Shown here: piece by piece, positions 36,185 to 45,378 of the stretch
Layout of the letters: every line of letters starts with the position of its first letter
Position numbering within the stretch: the stretch's first letter is position 1
Source of the DNA: a virus
DNA length: 53,746 bases
IMG/VR virus record: IMGVR_UViG_3300009156_000037
Reading direction: 5' to 3' (one strand)
Made by a program: the position numbers and the translations under genes
The notes under the pieces: generated by a model
What the model was told of the DNA's origin: nothing
Seen by the model: only the letters and a program-made list of their open reading frames with translations
Database searches by the model: none

Positions 36185-36395
36185 CTTGGTCACATTCGCG
36201 GACGGCTACCACTTCTATATCACCGTCCACGGGCCTCTGGTGACAGGAACTTGCGCCGACTGCGGCACACCAGTGGCGGTGGTCGGCTACACCGACCGGG
36301 TCAACCAGTGGGGTTTGAAGGAAGACACCGGTGGTGGGGTAGTACCCCGCTGTTCCGGATGTGCCCGTAGATTTCACGGATTGGACGAGGCATGA
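36168..36395 (+). CDS. Small zinc-ribbon-like protein
   Basis: Paired Cys motifs CADCG ... CSGC. TTG 36186 is an alternative start. Confidence 0.5.
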   Translation: MIQPGDLVTFADGYHFYITVHGPLVTGTCADCGTPVAVVGYTDRVNQWGLKEDTGGGVVPRCSGCARRFHGLDEA

Positions 36396-36694
36396 TCGTT
36401 TACATTTCCATCGGCAACAGCGACGACGTGCTCACCCAGCAAGAGTGGGCCTTATTCTGCTGTGACGTGCATGATCTCCTGATCGCAGTAGACGTGCAAT
36501 TTCACGGGAAGTGGTACTCGGCCCCAGTTTCCCGATACCAGAACGCCTGTTTCTGTGTGGAGTTTTCCCCGGCTAGGGTATCCACTGCCCACCTGATACA
36601 GGCCCTAAGGCGTTTCGCCCACAAGTACCGTCAGCAATCCATTGCCTGGGCGGAAGTGCCCATCACCGAGTTCCTGAGTCCGTCCAATGATTAG
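36392..36694 (+). CDS. Hypothetical protein
   Basis: ATGA-coupled ORF of 100 aa. Confidence 0.55.
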   Translation: MIVYISIGNSDDVLTQQEWALFCCDVHDLLIAVDVQFHGKWYSAPVSRYQNACFCVEFSPARVSTAHLIQALRRFAHKYRQQSIAWAEVPITEFLSPSND

Positions 36695-37343
36695 CGTCTT
36701 ACTGCCCAGCAGAGATCGGGTGGATCTGCTGCGACGCTCCATCGACTCCCTGTTCCGGATGGCATCTGACGAGGACAACATCGAGGTCCTGGTTGGCATC
36801 GACCAAGACGACGGGGTCACCCAGGCGGCCGTCCAATCGAACGGTATACGGATACGGCAGATCCTCGCGTACACGGCCGATGAGCGGTTTGGGTACCACC
36901 GCCTGCACGAATACTTCAACATGCTGTGGGTCCACGGTCGGGGCAACTGGTTCTTGCTCTGGAACGACGACGCGGTCATGTTGACCCCCGGCTGGGACCA
37001 CCAGCTGGACGAGCTGAGACCGGGGGTGGCTTGCCTGCATGGCAACCACGACCCGTTCAACGTGTTCCCGGCCGTGCACCGCACCGTGGTCGAGGCAATG
37101 GGCCACTTCTCCCTGTCCAACCACAACGACTCATGGCTGGTCGATGTGGCGTTGGGGGTGCCTTGCTTGCGGGACACCACCATCCAGGTGCTGCATGATC
37201 GCTTCGATCTGACTGGCAACAACAACGACACCATCTACCAGCAAAGCCGGGGAGGCTACCGCACCCTGGAGTACTACGGTCCGGAGCTATCCGAACTACG
37301 TGGCCAGGACGTGCTGAAGGTCAGGAAGGCGTTGGGGTTGTGA
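36687..37343 (+). CDS. Glycosyltransferase family 2-like (GT-A)
   Basis: ISVLLPSRDRVDLLRRSIDSL at the N-terminus and WNDDAVM (DxD-like). Confidence 0.65.
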   Translation: MISVLLPSRDRVDLLRRSIDSLFRMASDEDNIEVLVGIDQDDGVTQAAVQSNGIRIRQILAYTADERFGYHRLHEYFNMLWVHGRGNWFLLWNDDAVMLTPGWDHQLDELRPGVACLHGNHDPFNVFPAVHRTVVEAMGHFSLSNHNDSWLVDVALGVPCLRDTTIQVLHDRFDLTGNNNDTIYQQSRGGYRTLEYYGPELSELRGQDVLKVRKALGL

Positions 37344-38239
37344 AAACGGCGTTGGTGACGGGCAGCAGCGGATTCGTCGGCACCTACCTGAAACTTGCCC
37401 TGGTCGATAAGGACATCATCCCGATCAGCTACGACCTTGGTGAAGGTGACGATGTCCGTAACTACGAACGGCTGCGCTCCGTCATAGCCCACACGGATCC
37501 GGACTACATCTTCCACCTGGCCGCCCAGGCGTACGTGCCGGAGGCCACCACCGATGTGCGACGGGCCTTCGACGTGAACGTGAACGGCACCGTCAACGTG
37601 TTGGAGGCGTGTCGGCAGACTGGTTGCCAGGCCAAGATCCTGATCACGGGTACGTCGGAGGAGTACGGTTTCGTTACCCATCCTGCCAGTGAGCTGATTA
37701 CTGAGGAGTCCTGCTGTCTACCGGATACCCCGTATGGGGTGTCGAAGCTGGCCGCCAGCCAGATGGGTTTGGCATACCATCGCCTGTACGGGATGCATGT
37801 GGTGGTGACCAGGGCCTGGAACCACACCGGGCCAGGGCACAGCAGCATGTACGCCCTGCCGGCGTTCGCCCGCCGAGTGGCCGAAGTTGAGGCGGGGATC
37901 CGAGAAGAGGTTACCCACGGCAATCTGGACTCGGTGCGTAACTACACCAATGTTAACGACATCGTGAAGGCGTACCTGTTGGCCGTCGAATTGGAGCCGG
38001 GCGTGTACAACCTGTGCTCCGAGCAAACAGTGTCACTGAGGTACGCATTGGACCACCTGTGCTCGCTGGCTAATGTCGAGATTCCCCGGGTAGAGGTTAC
38101 TCACCTGTCGAGGCCACACGGCAGTTACCCACGCCCGTCGGCAGAGAAGATGTGGAACATGACAGGCTGGACAGCGCAGATCCTTCTGATGCAGACGTTG
38201 GGGGATCTGCTCAACTACTGGAGGGAACGTGTCACGTGA
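37340..38239 (+). CDS. Extended SDR, NDP-sugar 4,6-dehydratase/epimerase-like
   Basis: VTGSSGFVGTYL (Rossmann), GTSEEYG (TSE as in GDP-mannose 4,6-dehydratases), YGVSKLA (YxxxK), RAWNHTGPG. Confidence 0.75.
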   Translation: MKTALVTGSSGFVGTYLKLALVDKDIIPISYDLGEGDDVRNYERLRSVIAHTDPDYIFHLAAQAYVPEATTDVRRAFDVNVNGTVNVLEACRQTGCQAKILITGTSEEYGFVTHPASELITEESCCLPDTPYGVSKLAASQMGLAYHRLYGMHVVVTRAWNHTGPGHSSMYALPAFARRVAEVEAGIREEVTHGNLDSVRNYTNVNDIVKAYLLAVELEPGVYNLCSEQTVSLRYALDHLCSLANVEIPRVEVTHLSRPHGSYPRPSAEKMWNMTGWTAQILLMQTLGDLLNYWRERVT

Positions 38240-39429
38240 GGATCTCTGATCGTTGTCGTAGCTGCGGCAGCAACGACCTGATCCAGGTCTATGACTTGGG
38301 CGACCAGTACCTGTCTGACTTCCGGGAAGACTCCAGTAAGCCAGCAAAATTCCCGTTGACGTTGATGTTTTGTTCCCACTGCACCTTGGTGCAGTTGGCG
38401 CACACGGCGAACCGGGAGCTGCTGTACACCGACAACTATGGGTTCCGGTCGGGGGTGAATCCGGCTATCGCGGCGGACCTGAAGTCCATTGTGGACCAGG
38501 CGCTAACCTACAACGAAGCTGGGGCCTGGCTGGACATCGCCTGCAACGACGGCACCCTGCTCAGTTTCGTGCCACCTGAGCAGTGGTACCGCGTGGGCGT
38601 GGATCCGGTGGAGAAGTTCTTCGACTCGTCCAAGAACTACGCCAATGAGATTTACACGGATTACTTCGATGCAGCCGCGTTCATGGACGAGCAGTTCGAT
38701 GTGGTCACATCGATTTCGATGTTCTACGACGTGGACGACGTGAACGAGTTCGTGGCGGGGGTGGCCCGGATTCTCAGCCGTCGTGGCGTGTGGATCATCC
38801 AGCAGAACTACCTGCTCCCTATGATAAAGATCGGGGCCATCGACAACGTTTGCCACGAGCACCTCACCTACTTCAGCCTGCGTGCCCTGGTGTCATTGCT
38901 GGGCCGTTACGACCTAGAGGTCATCGACGTGTCCACCAGCGACGTCAACGGTGGCGTGCTACGCACCGTGGTGGTTCACAAGGACCGATGGCCACGCCAA
39001 TCATCGGTAGACGCCCAGTTGGAGGTTGAGGCTGGTCTGGTTCAAGCACACGTGTACCTGAACTTCGCCAACCGGGCCACCGCCAACCTAATCAAACTAA
39101 ATCAACTAATACGTACCGCTGCCAAAACCAGGGACCGTATTTTCATCTACGGTGCCTCCACAAGGGGGGCGGTGCTGTGGCAGGCCGCCGGGATCGACAA
39201 CATGGTGGTGGACTTCGCAGTGGAGCGGCAGCCAGAGAAGGTGGGTAAGTGGTACAGCCCGGTCGGGGTGCGGATCATCTCGGAGGAGCAGATGCGTCAG
39301 TTGAACCCCCACTATCTGCTGGTGGGGCCATGGTGGCATCGGGACATGTTCATGCAGCGTGAGGCCGAGTTTCTTAGCAACGGCGGGAAGATGATCTTCC
39401 CGCTTCCTTCCGTAGAGGTGGTGGGCTAG
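38236..39429 (+). CDS. NDP-hexose C-methyltransferase (TylCIII-like architecture)
   Basis: An N-terminal Zn-binding pattern CRSCGS...VYDLGDQYLSDF...FCSHCTLVQL, then a SAM-methyltransferase core and a C-terminal Rossmann-like domain. GTGA-coupled start at 38236. Confidence 0.75.
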   Translation: MRISDRCRSCGSNDLIQVYDLGDQYLSDFREDSSKPAKFPLTLMFCSHCTLVQLAHTANRELLYTDNYGFRSGVNPAIAADLKSIVDQALTYNEAGAWLDIACNDGTLLSFVPPEQWYRVGVDPVEKFFDSSKNYANEIYTDYFDAAAFMDEQFDVVTSISMFYDVDDVNEFVAGVARILSRRGVWIIQQNYLLPMIKIGAIDNVCHEHLTYFSLRALVSLLGRYDLEVIDVSTSDVNGGVLRTVVVHKDRWPRQSSVDAQLEVEAGLVQAHVYLNFANRATANLIKLNQLIRTAAKTRDRIFIYGASTRGAVLWQAAGIDNMVVDFAVERQPEKVGKWYSPVGVRIISEEQMRQLNPHYLLVGPWWHRDMFMQREAEFLSNGGKMIFPLPSVEVVG

Positions 39430-39587
39430 TGAATATTGTCTATGGATTCGTGTCCATAATCGTCATCGTAGTTGCTGTCACACTTGCTGCCGCAACAGCA
39501 GAAAACTTCGCTCAAGCGGCAGAACGCATCGGCGGCATAGCCATGCTCGCAATTGCGGCACTTCTGCTCTGGATGGTGTTCTCATGA
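39429..39587 (+). CDS. Small two-helix membrane protein (52 aa), not in the ORF track
   Basis: TAGTG coupling at the start and ATGA coupling at the end. Hand translation: VNIVYGFVSIIVIVVAVTLAAATAENFAQAAERIGGIAMLAIAALLLWMVFS. Confidence 0.5.
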   Translation: MNIVYGFVSIIVIVVAVTLAAATAENFAQAAERIGGIAMLAIAALLLWMVFS

Positions 39588-40831
39588 ACGTCGGAGTACT
39601 GGGCCTAGGACGAATGGGCTTGGTCCTAGCGGAAGCCTTTGCGGCAACTGGACGCTACGATACTTACGGCTGGGACATTGACCTAGCCGGCGTCGAGGCA
39701 CGTCTGGCCAATCCCGTAGAGGACATGCCAACAGTAGGCTTTCAGTTATCGTCTACATTGGACGAATTCGTCACGTCTGCTGAGCTGATCTTCGTATGTG
39801 TGCAGACACCACACCCACCCGGATATGACGGCAGCACCCCCCTAGACAAGGTGCCGACCAACTTCGACTACACATACCTGGTCGACGCCATCACCCGGCT
39901 AGCGTTGGTGGCACACCAGCGCCAACTGATCCGCACAGTGGGAATCATGTCCACCGTCGCCCCCGGGGCCATTGCCGCCCACATCATGAACGTGCCTCAC
40001 CGGGAATACCTGAACATCGTCTACTGCCCCAGCTTCATCAGCCTGGGCACCATCTACCACGACCTGTGCAACCCCCGCCTCATCCTGATCGGCAGCAACG
40101 ACGAGGCGACCGGTAACTTCGCCCCGTCCAGCAGGGTCACCGTGGCACTGAGGCTGCTAGCCACTGGATCCGAGGCACCGGTGGTTCACACCACCATCGA
40201 AGAGGCCGAACTGGCCAAGATGGCCAGCAACGGGCTCCAGTCCCTAAAGATCGGCTACATCAACCATCTCGCCGAGATAGCGGACCGGATGAACATCAAC
40301 ATTGACCGGGTAACTGGGGCCCTACGCGCCTCCAAAGAGGTGGCCTGGATTCCCCACGCTGGCATGGTGGATGGGGGCGCCTGTCGGCCCCGTGACCTGG
40401 TCACCATGTCCTGGTTCGAGCAGCACTGCGACACCTCCACCGCCATGTTCACGTACCTGAACATGCAGCGCGACGAACAGGCCCAACGCCTGGCGGAACG
40501 AGTAACCGCTGTGGCCTACGGGCACAGCTTGGGGGTTTGCGTCCTCGGCAAAACGTACAAGCCGGGCGTACCGTACCGAGAGGGTTCCCCCGCTGATCTG
40601 CTTCGGCACAACCTGGACGCGTTGGCGACATTGCACACCGTGGACCAGTGGGATCCTGACGTGGACGGCCCGCGCGAGTTTCGTCACCCCTGGGTGTTTG
40701 TGGTGGCTACCCCCCACGAAGCGTTCAAGGTCATGGACCACCCGTGGGGGTCGATCGTCATCGACCCCTGGAACATCGTCACCCGCAGGATAGAGGGTGT
40801 CCGTTACATCTTCCCCGGTAGGGAGCACTAA
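39584..40831 (+). CDS. Nucleotide-sugar 6-dehydrogenase (UDP-glucose/GDP-mannose dehydrogenase family)
   Basis: VGVLGLGRMGL (GxGxxG), EEAELAKMASNGLQSLKIGYINHLAEIADRMNINIDRV, and catalytic-Cys block DGGACRPRD. Confidence 0.8.
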   Translation: MNVGVLGLGRMGLVLAEAFAATGRYDTYGWDIDLAGVEARLANPVEDMPTVGFQLSSTLDEFVTSAELIFVCVQTPHPPGYDGSTPLDKVPTNFDYTYLVDAITRLALVAHQRQLIRTVGIMSTVAPGAIAAHIMNVPHREYLNIVYCPSFISLGTIYHDLCNPRLILIGSNDEATGNFAPSSRVTVALRLLATGSEAPVVHTTIEEAELAKMASNGLQSLKIGYINHLAEIADRMNINIDRVTGALRASKEVAWIPHAGMVDGGACRPRDLVTMSWFEQHCDTSTAMFTYLNMQRDEQAQRLAERVTAVAYGHSLGVCVLGKTYKPGVPYREGSPADLLRHNLDALATLHTVDQWDPDVDGPREFRHPWVFVVATPHEAFKVMDHPWGSIVIDPWNIVTRRIEGVRYIFPGREH

Positions 40832-41592
40832 TGGTCAACTTTGAGGAGCAGGTGCAGGCCTGGTCGTCGCCACCAGTTGATGACATCGGCTACATTCCAT
40901 CCAGTGACTTACTTGCTAAGACCGGGGGCGAGCTGCTGGACATCATCAGCCAGATGCGGGCTATTCGGTACAGCACCGAAGGCTGGCGCAACCGTGACAA
41001 CGCCTGGCGCGATGACCTACTCCTAGATGACACCGAAGGCAAGATCGTTCTCGACTTCGGCTGTGGTGTAGGCATGGAGGCGTTGGAGTACGCCCGGCAT
41101 GGCAACGCGGTAGCGATCGCGGACATCTCCCCCACCAACCTGCTGCTGGCAGCTCGGGTCTTCGCGCTGCACGACGAGACCCTCTACGACATCCTCCAGG
41201 TCGGGCCCTCCTACCCCTACGCCCCCGTCGCTGCCGAAATCTACGACGTGGTGCATTGCTCCGGAGTGCTGCACCACATCCCATGGGCTCAGGATGTCCT
41301 CCACTGGTTCCACGAGATCCTGATCCCAGGAGGCGAGGTCCGCCTGATGCTGTACTCCGATCGAGGCTGGCAGCTATACATGGGCTCAGAGCCGCCGGCT
41401 GACGTCACCCAGCATGGCCAGTTCCACCAGTTTGTGCGCACCTTCGACCAGGTGGGCGGGTACGCAGACTGGTACGACGAACAGAAGCTGGTAACCATGG
41501 CGGGGGACAGATTCGAGCTGGTGGCGTTCTCCTACATCACCGACAATGACCGGTACTGCATCGCGAGACTGAAGAGGAGGGAATTGACATGA
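40831..41592 (+). CDS. Class I SAM-dependent methyltransferase
   Basis: Motif I is VLDFGCGVGMEAL. Downstream are VVHCSGVLHHIP and GGEVRLM. Confidence 0.75.
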   Translation: MVNFEEQVQAWSSPPVDDIGYIPSSDLLAKTGGELLDIISQMRAIRYSTEGWRNRDNAWRDDLLLDDTEGKIVLDFGCGVGMEALEYARHGNAVAIADISPTNLLLAARVFALHDETLYDILQVGPSYPYAPVAAEIYDVVHCSGVLHHIPWAQDVLHWFHEILIPGGEVRLMLYSDRGWQLYMGSEPPADVTQHGQFHQFVRTFDQVGGYADWYDEQKLVTMAGDRFELVAFSYITDNDRYCIARLKRRELT

Positions 41593-41774
41593 TTGGGCCA
41601 ACAATCAGACAGGTGACCCTAGGTCTCGGCTCGAACCAAAGAACCAGCCTGGCATTTCTGGAGAACTTCTGTCAGGAGATGCGTTCTATGGGTGCACCCG
41701 ATGATCAAATCATCGGTCTAGAAAATTATGGCAATACCTACTACTCCCTTAGAACAGAAGTCGAGGTCCAATGA
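41589..41774 (+). CDS. Hypothetical small protein (lower GC)
   Basis: ATGA-coupled at both ends. Confidence 0.45.
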   Translation: MIGPTIRQVTLGLGSNQRTSLAFLENFCQEMRSMGAPDDQIIGLENYGNTYYSLRTEVEVQ

Positions 41775-42370
41775 TTCCTGGGATCACGGTGGCGATCCCA
41801 TGCCACCTGTCACGGATTCGTAACGGCATGCTGGGGCGGGCGATGATGTCCGTGTACTCCCAGATCTACCCGGCCGCCGGTGTCTCGATAGCCATGGACC
41901 TGGAGGGTCGTGGCGCTCCCTTCACCCGTCAGCGCGCCCTCAACGGCGTCGACACGGAGTGGGTGGCGTTTCTGGACAGCGACGACTACTTCATGGTTCA
42001 CCACCTTCAAGCCCTTTGGGAGGCGCAGCAGGAGACAGGAGCTGACTATGTCTACAGCTGGTTCCAAACCGACCCACCAGGCCATGATCCGTTCCCGAGT
42101 ACTCATTTCACGGAGCCGTGGGACAACGACAACCCCCGCCAGACGACCATCACGACGTTGGTGCGTACTGACCTGGCCCGGTCAGTCGGTTTCTGGGAGC
42201 CGAAAGATGAAGACGAGTTTCCGAATGGCCTCCGGGTGGGTGAGGACTGGATCTTCACCCTCGGCTGTCTTGAGAATGGAGCGAAGATCCATCACGTGGT
42301 GGAGCGCACATGGGTATGGGCCCACCACGGTAAGAACAGCTCGGGGCGCCCTGGTCATGGTGACGCTTGA
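41771..42370 (+). CDS. Glycosyltransferase family 2-like (GT-A)
   Basis: ITVAIPCHLSRIRNGMLGRAMMSVYSQ and the FLDSDDYF DxD motif. Confidence 0.7.
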   Translation: MIPGITVAIPCHLSRIRNGMLGRAMMSVYSQIYPAAGVSIAMDLEGRGAPFTRQRALNGVDTEWVAFLDSDDYFMVHHLQALWEAQQETGADYVYSWFQTDPPGHDPFPSTHFTEPWDNDNPRQTTITTLVRTDLARSVGFWEPKDEDEFPNGLRVGEDWIFTLGCLENGAKIHHVVERTWVWAHHGKNSSGRPGHGDA

Positions 42371-42564
42371 GTAGGCGAGAATCGTGGACCTGTGAGGCCT
42401 CCGTTGATGTGCAGACGGAGGCCCACACAGGCAAACCGCTAGTGATCATGTGCTGGAAGCCGGCTCACCTGTTCCCATTCCCCGCCCTCGGGTTCGAAAT
42501 CGCCCTCTGCCCCGACCACGAATCTGTCCTAGACAAGTACCAAGGACAAGGAAGGAAATCGTGA
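42367..42564 (+). CDS. Hypothetical small protein
   Basis: TTGA-coupled TTG start, which is uncertain. Later GTG and ATG starts are possible. Confidence 0.4.
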   Translation: MSRRESWTCEASVDVQTEAHTGKPLVIMCWKPAHLFPFPALGFEIALCPDHESVLDKYQGQGRKS

Positions 42565-43097
42565 GATATCGAAACGTGGTAGCAGCCGTTGCCATCGCCG
42601 TTCTTGCCGCCGTGGCACCCACTGCATCAGCGGCGGCAGCAGATGCCCCTCGGGAGAACATTCTTCAGATCGCGTTCTTCCGTCACTCCGGACTGTGTTT
42701 GTGGATTGACGCATCCAACCTCAACGGGGAAGACTACGTCCAAGGCGAATGTAACGACCCATCGCACGTGGAGGAGCGCTTCCAGCTCGTCCGGACCTGC
42801 TCGACCTGCCAGAGTTTCTATCTGGTCAACAACAACGGTAAGTGCATGACTGTGGCAAGCGCCGTTACCGGGAATGGTGCTGATGTCAACCAGTACACCT
42901 GCACTGCTGGTGCCTCCAACCAGTGGCTGTTTTTCGACGCGACTATCCACGCCGGATACTGGCGGATCCGATTCGCCCATTCCGGCAAGTGCGCGGCGGT
43001 TATTGCCTCGTCCCAGCTGGTCGGGACTGAGGTGCATCAGTGGACGTGCGGAGAATACGACGCTGAGGCACTGTTTTTCCGTAGCCCGTTGACCTGA
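42561..43097 (+). CDS. Secreted ricin-type beta-trefoil lectin
   Basis: GTG at 42561 follows AAGGAAGGAAATC. The signal-peptide-like N-terminus is VAAVAIAVLAAVAPTASAAAA. Three trefoil repeats each have a GxC and a Q-x-W-like element (ERFQLV, NQWLFF, HQWTCG). Confidence 0.75.
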   Translation: MRYRNVVAAVAIAVLAAVAPTASAAAADAPRENILQIAFFRHSGLCLWIDASNLNGEDYVQGECNDPSHVEERFQLVRTCSTCQSFYLVNNNGKCMTVASAVTGNGADVNQYTCTAGASNQWLFFDATIHAGYWRIRFAHSGKCAAVIASSQLVGTEVHQWTCGEYDAEALFFRSPLT

Positions 43098-43143
43098 ACT
43101 TGCCACTGGACAAGGCACGGTTGGCAGGGGGACCCTTCAAGTT

Positions 43144-43377
43144 ATGAGTGTTGATGTGGGCAACATCGTGCACTACCACCTGGGGTCCTCATGTCAGCCG
43201 TTCCTGATTCTGGTGGATGATCCGTACAACACAAACCGGTCTGGTCTGAGCTTCTCTGAGGGCATCCTTGGCGCCCTCGTTAGTACCCAACGCAACGGCG
43301 TTGCCTATAGCAACGCCGAATCGAACCCGGCGTACGCCACTGGCACCTGGCACCGCAACTACGAATGCAATCACTAA
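43144..43377 (+). CDS. Hypothetical protein
   Basis: ORF of 77 aa between the lectin and endolysin genes. SD is weak. Confidence 0.45.
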   Translation: MSVDVGNIVHYHLGSSCQPFLILVDDPYNTNRSGLSFSEGILGALVSTQRNGVAYSNAESNPAYATGTWHRNYECNH

Positions 43378-43412
43378 CAGACAAAACCCCAACGATCCTT
43401 TAGCCTGGAGCT

Positions 43413-44225
43413 ATGGCCACATTGGTCCAGCTCCAGGCTGAAGTGTGGTGGCGGAACGAATTCGTCCCCCCACCACTTCAGAAGCTCATCGTTGACCTGC
43501 GCGAGTTCTACGGGGTGCCGGCCGGCAACATCGGCTCCAAGGGCGATGAGAACCATCTGCGTGGCTACCATCGTTCCCGTAACTGGATCAAGAACTCGGC
43601 CTACTGCACCAATCGCACCTACTCGGTCAGCGAGACTCCCGGCAACCGGTCTGGCGGCAACAGCGACTGGTTATCGGCTATCGATATCACCATCCCCCGC
43701 GACGAGCTGCTCCAGATGTGCCAACGCCTCGACGTGGGAGTCCGGTCGGGGCGGTTCGAGAAGATTACCGAGTGGTACGGCAACAAGGACGGCGACACCC
43801 GAGTCGATGGGTACAACAACATCCGCAACGAGGTCGCCAGCTCCGACTCCAGTCACCTGTGGCACTGCCACATCAGCTTCGACCGTGGGGCTGTTGGCCT
43901 GGACAACCATGATGATGTGTTCGAACTGCTCACCGGAGGAGTTGACGTGCCACTTAGCGACGACAAGGACTTCAAGGCACTCATCGAGAGGGTGCAGGGA
44001 CTCCAGGGTATGGAGGATCCGATCACGTTCCAGATTGCCGGTGAACCCAGCCCCCGCAACGAAGCTAACCTGCTGGCCCAGGCCGTCAGGGATCTTCAGG
44101 CGAAGGTCGAGGCGCTCATCACGTCAGGGGTACCAGTTCCGGGCGCGGTCAACCTGACCCCGGAAAGCGTCCAGGAGGTCGCTGACGCGGTGGTCGACGA
44201 GGAGCAGGCAAGGTTGGAGAACTGA
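43413..44225 (+). CDS. Endolysin (zinc peptidase, M15-like)
   Basis: GDENHLRGYHRS, SAIDITIP and SHLWHCHISF give a His/Asp metal-ligand pattern. It lies directly upstream of a membrane protein. Confidence 0.6.
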   Translation: MATLVQLQAEVWWRNEFVPPPLQKLIVDLREFYGVPAGNIGSKGDENHLRGYHRSRNWIKNSAYCTNRTYSVSETPGNRSGGNSDWLSAIDITIPRDELLQMCQRLDVGVRSGRFEKITEWYGNKDGDTRVDGYNNIRNEVASSDSSHLWHCHISFDRGAVGLDNHDDVFELLTGGVDVPLSDDKDFKALIERVQGLQGMEDPITFQIAGEPSPRNEANLLAQAVRDLQAKVEALITSGVPVPGAVNLTPESVQEVADAVVDEEQARLEN

Positions 44226-44662
44226 TGGTCAGACAGTTCAATCTGCCGGAACGTAACCCGTGGCCCCAAGTGGTCCTGGCCTTGGGGTTGGCCGGAATCC
44301 TGGTAAGTGGGGCAGTGGTATTGCTGTCTTTAGGCCGCTCCGAGTCAGTGATCTTGACCTTGGCGGCCCTGATCGCTGGACCTGCCCTAGCCTGGTTCGC
44401 CACCAACACCAACCAGAAACTGGAGCAAGTCAAGGAGCTGTCCAACGGTTCCCTCGATCGCCGTGACACGCAGCTGGAGGACACCACCAAACGGTTGGTG
44501 GAGATGAACGAGCGGCTGCTAGCCCTGATCGCCCAGACCCATCCCAACATCCCCACCGACGTTGCGGAAAGGCTCATGCCCACAGCTAGCGTGGCCATGG
44601 AGCAGAACCCGAGCGCCCCGGTTCCTTTGGACTCCCGCGCGCAAATCACGGGACGCCTCTGA
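44225..44662 (+). CDS. Holin-like membrane protein
   Basis: TGATG-coupled to the endolysin gene. Two hydrophobic helices are followed by a coiled-coil tail. Confidence 0.55.
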   Translation: MVRQFNLPERNPWPQVVLALGLAGILVSGAVVLLSLGRSESVILTLAALIAGPALAWFATNTNQKLEQVKELSNGSLDRRDTQLEDTTKRLVEMNERLLALIAQTHPNIPTDVAERLMPTASVAMEQNPSAPVPLDSRAQITGRL

Positions 44663-44667
44663 TTGGT

Positions 44668-45012
44668 ATGACCACACATCGTCGGTACTACTTCGAACAC
44701 CCGGGAGCATGGGACAGGGACGAGGCGTACACAATCATCCTAGGACGATTACGGGATGCCTGCGAACGCAACTGGTGGTTCAACGAACCCCTGGTGCAGG
44801 GGCAACCGTTCGGCCGGCTGACGTTTGAGTTCACCGCGTCGGGGCGTGACCAATGGTGGTGTCATGTGCGGGCCATGAACTTGGCCAAGCTGTGCTACCG
44901 GGCCATTGGGATGGCCGACAGGGACGTGCCAGAGCCACTGTGGGAGCCGCTGGAACGTGATGGAGGGCGCTACCGTGTCCCCGTGACCCCCCAGGACGCC
45001 GGGGAAGGGTAG
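44668..45012 (+). CDS. Hypothetical protein, last gene of the rightward block
   Basis: ORF of 114 aa, Trp/Arg-rich. Confidence 0.5.
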   Translation: MTTHRRYYFEHPGAWDRDEAYTIILGRLRDACERNWWFNEPLVQGQPFGRLTFEFTASGRDQWWCHVRAMNLAKLCYRAIGMADRDVPEPLWEPLERDGGRYRVPVTPQDAGEG

Positions 45013-45101
45013 CGCCCTCCTGGGCAGTGCTCCTCGGGTCATCCACACGTGCCCTCGGAGCTTTCCCCCGGCCATCTGGTGTGGCATAGGCCAGAGATCT
45101 T

Positions 45102-45124
45102 CCGCAGCTGCCCGCTGCGGTTTG
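45102..45124 (+). terminator. Rho-independent-type terminator of the late block
   Basis: CCGCAGC-TGCCC-GCTGCGG followed by TTTG. Confidence 0.65.
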
Positions 45125-45300
45125 TCCCCCCTCAGGACTTGAACCGTGATGAACGCCGACTCGTCGCTGCCTAAGACAGTCTTCGTTGGGGGGCCGGAGC
45201 GCAGGTCTGGCTACCTTCGCAGGAAGGATCATGACCAGCCTTCGGGCTGAAACGTCACACGCAAAGTACCCGTTAACGCTCCCTATCATGTCTGGTGTCG

Positions 45301-45374
45301 AAGCGGGGACAGGATTCGAACCTGTGACCTCCAGATTATGAGCCTGGTGTGCTACCGAGCTGCACTACCCCGCT
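45301..45374 (-). tRNA. tRNA-Met: tRNA-Met (anticodon CAU); could alternatively be a lysidine-type tRNA-Ile
   Basis: Hand-folded cloverleaf. Acceptor AGCGGGG/CCCCGCT, D stem GTGC/GCAC, anticodon stem CCAGG/TCTGG with loop CTCATAA, T arm ACAGG-TTCGAAT-CCTGT. No encoded CCA. Confidence 0.85.
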
Positions 45375-45378
45375 AGGT

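Noticed and set aside
45125-45195. Possible second tRNA on the minus strand (GGTTCAAGTCC T-loop-like motif with G6/C6 ends).
   Set aside because: I could not fold a cloverleaf. The T stem has an extra base, and there are no D arm or anticodon arm, only short local palindromes.
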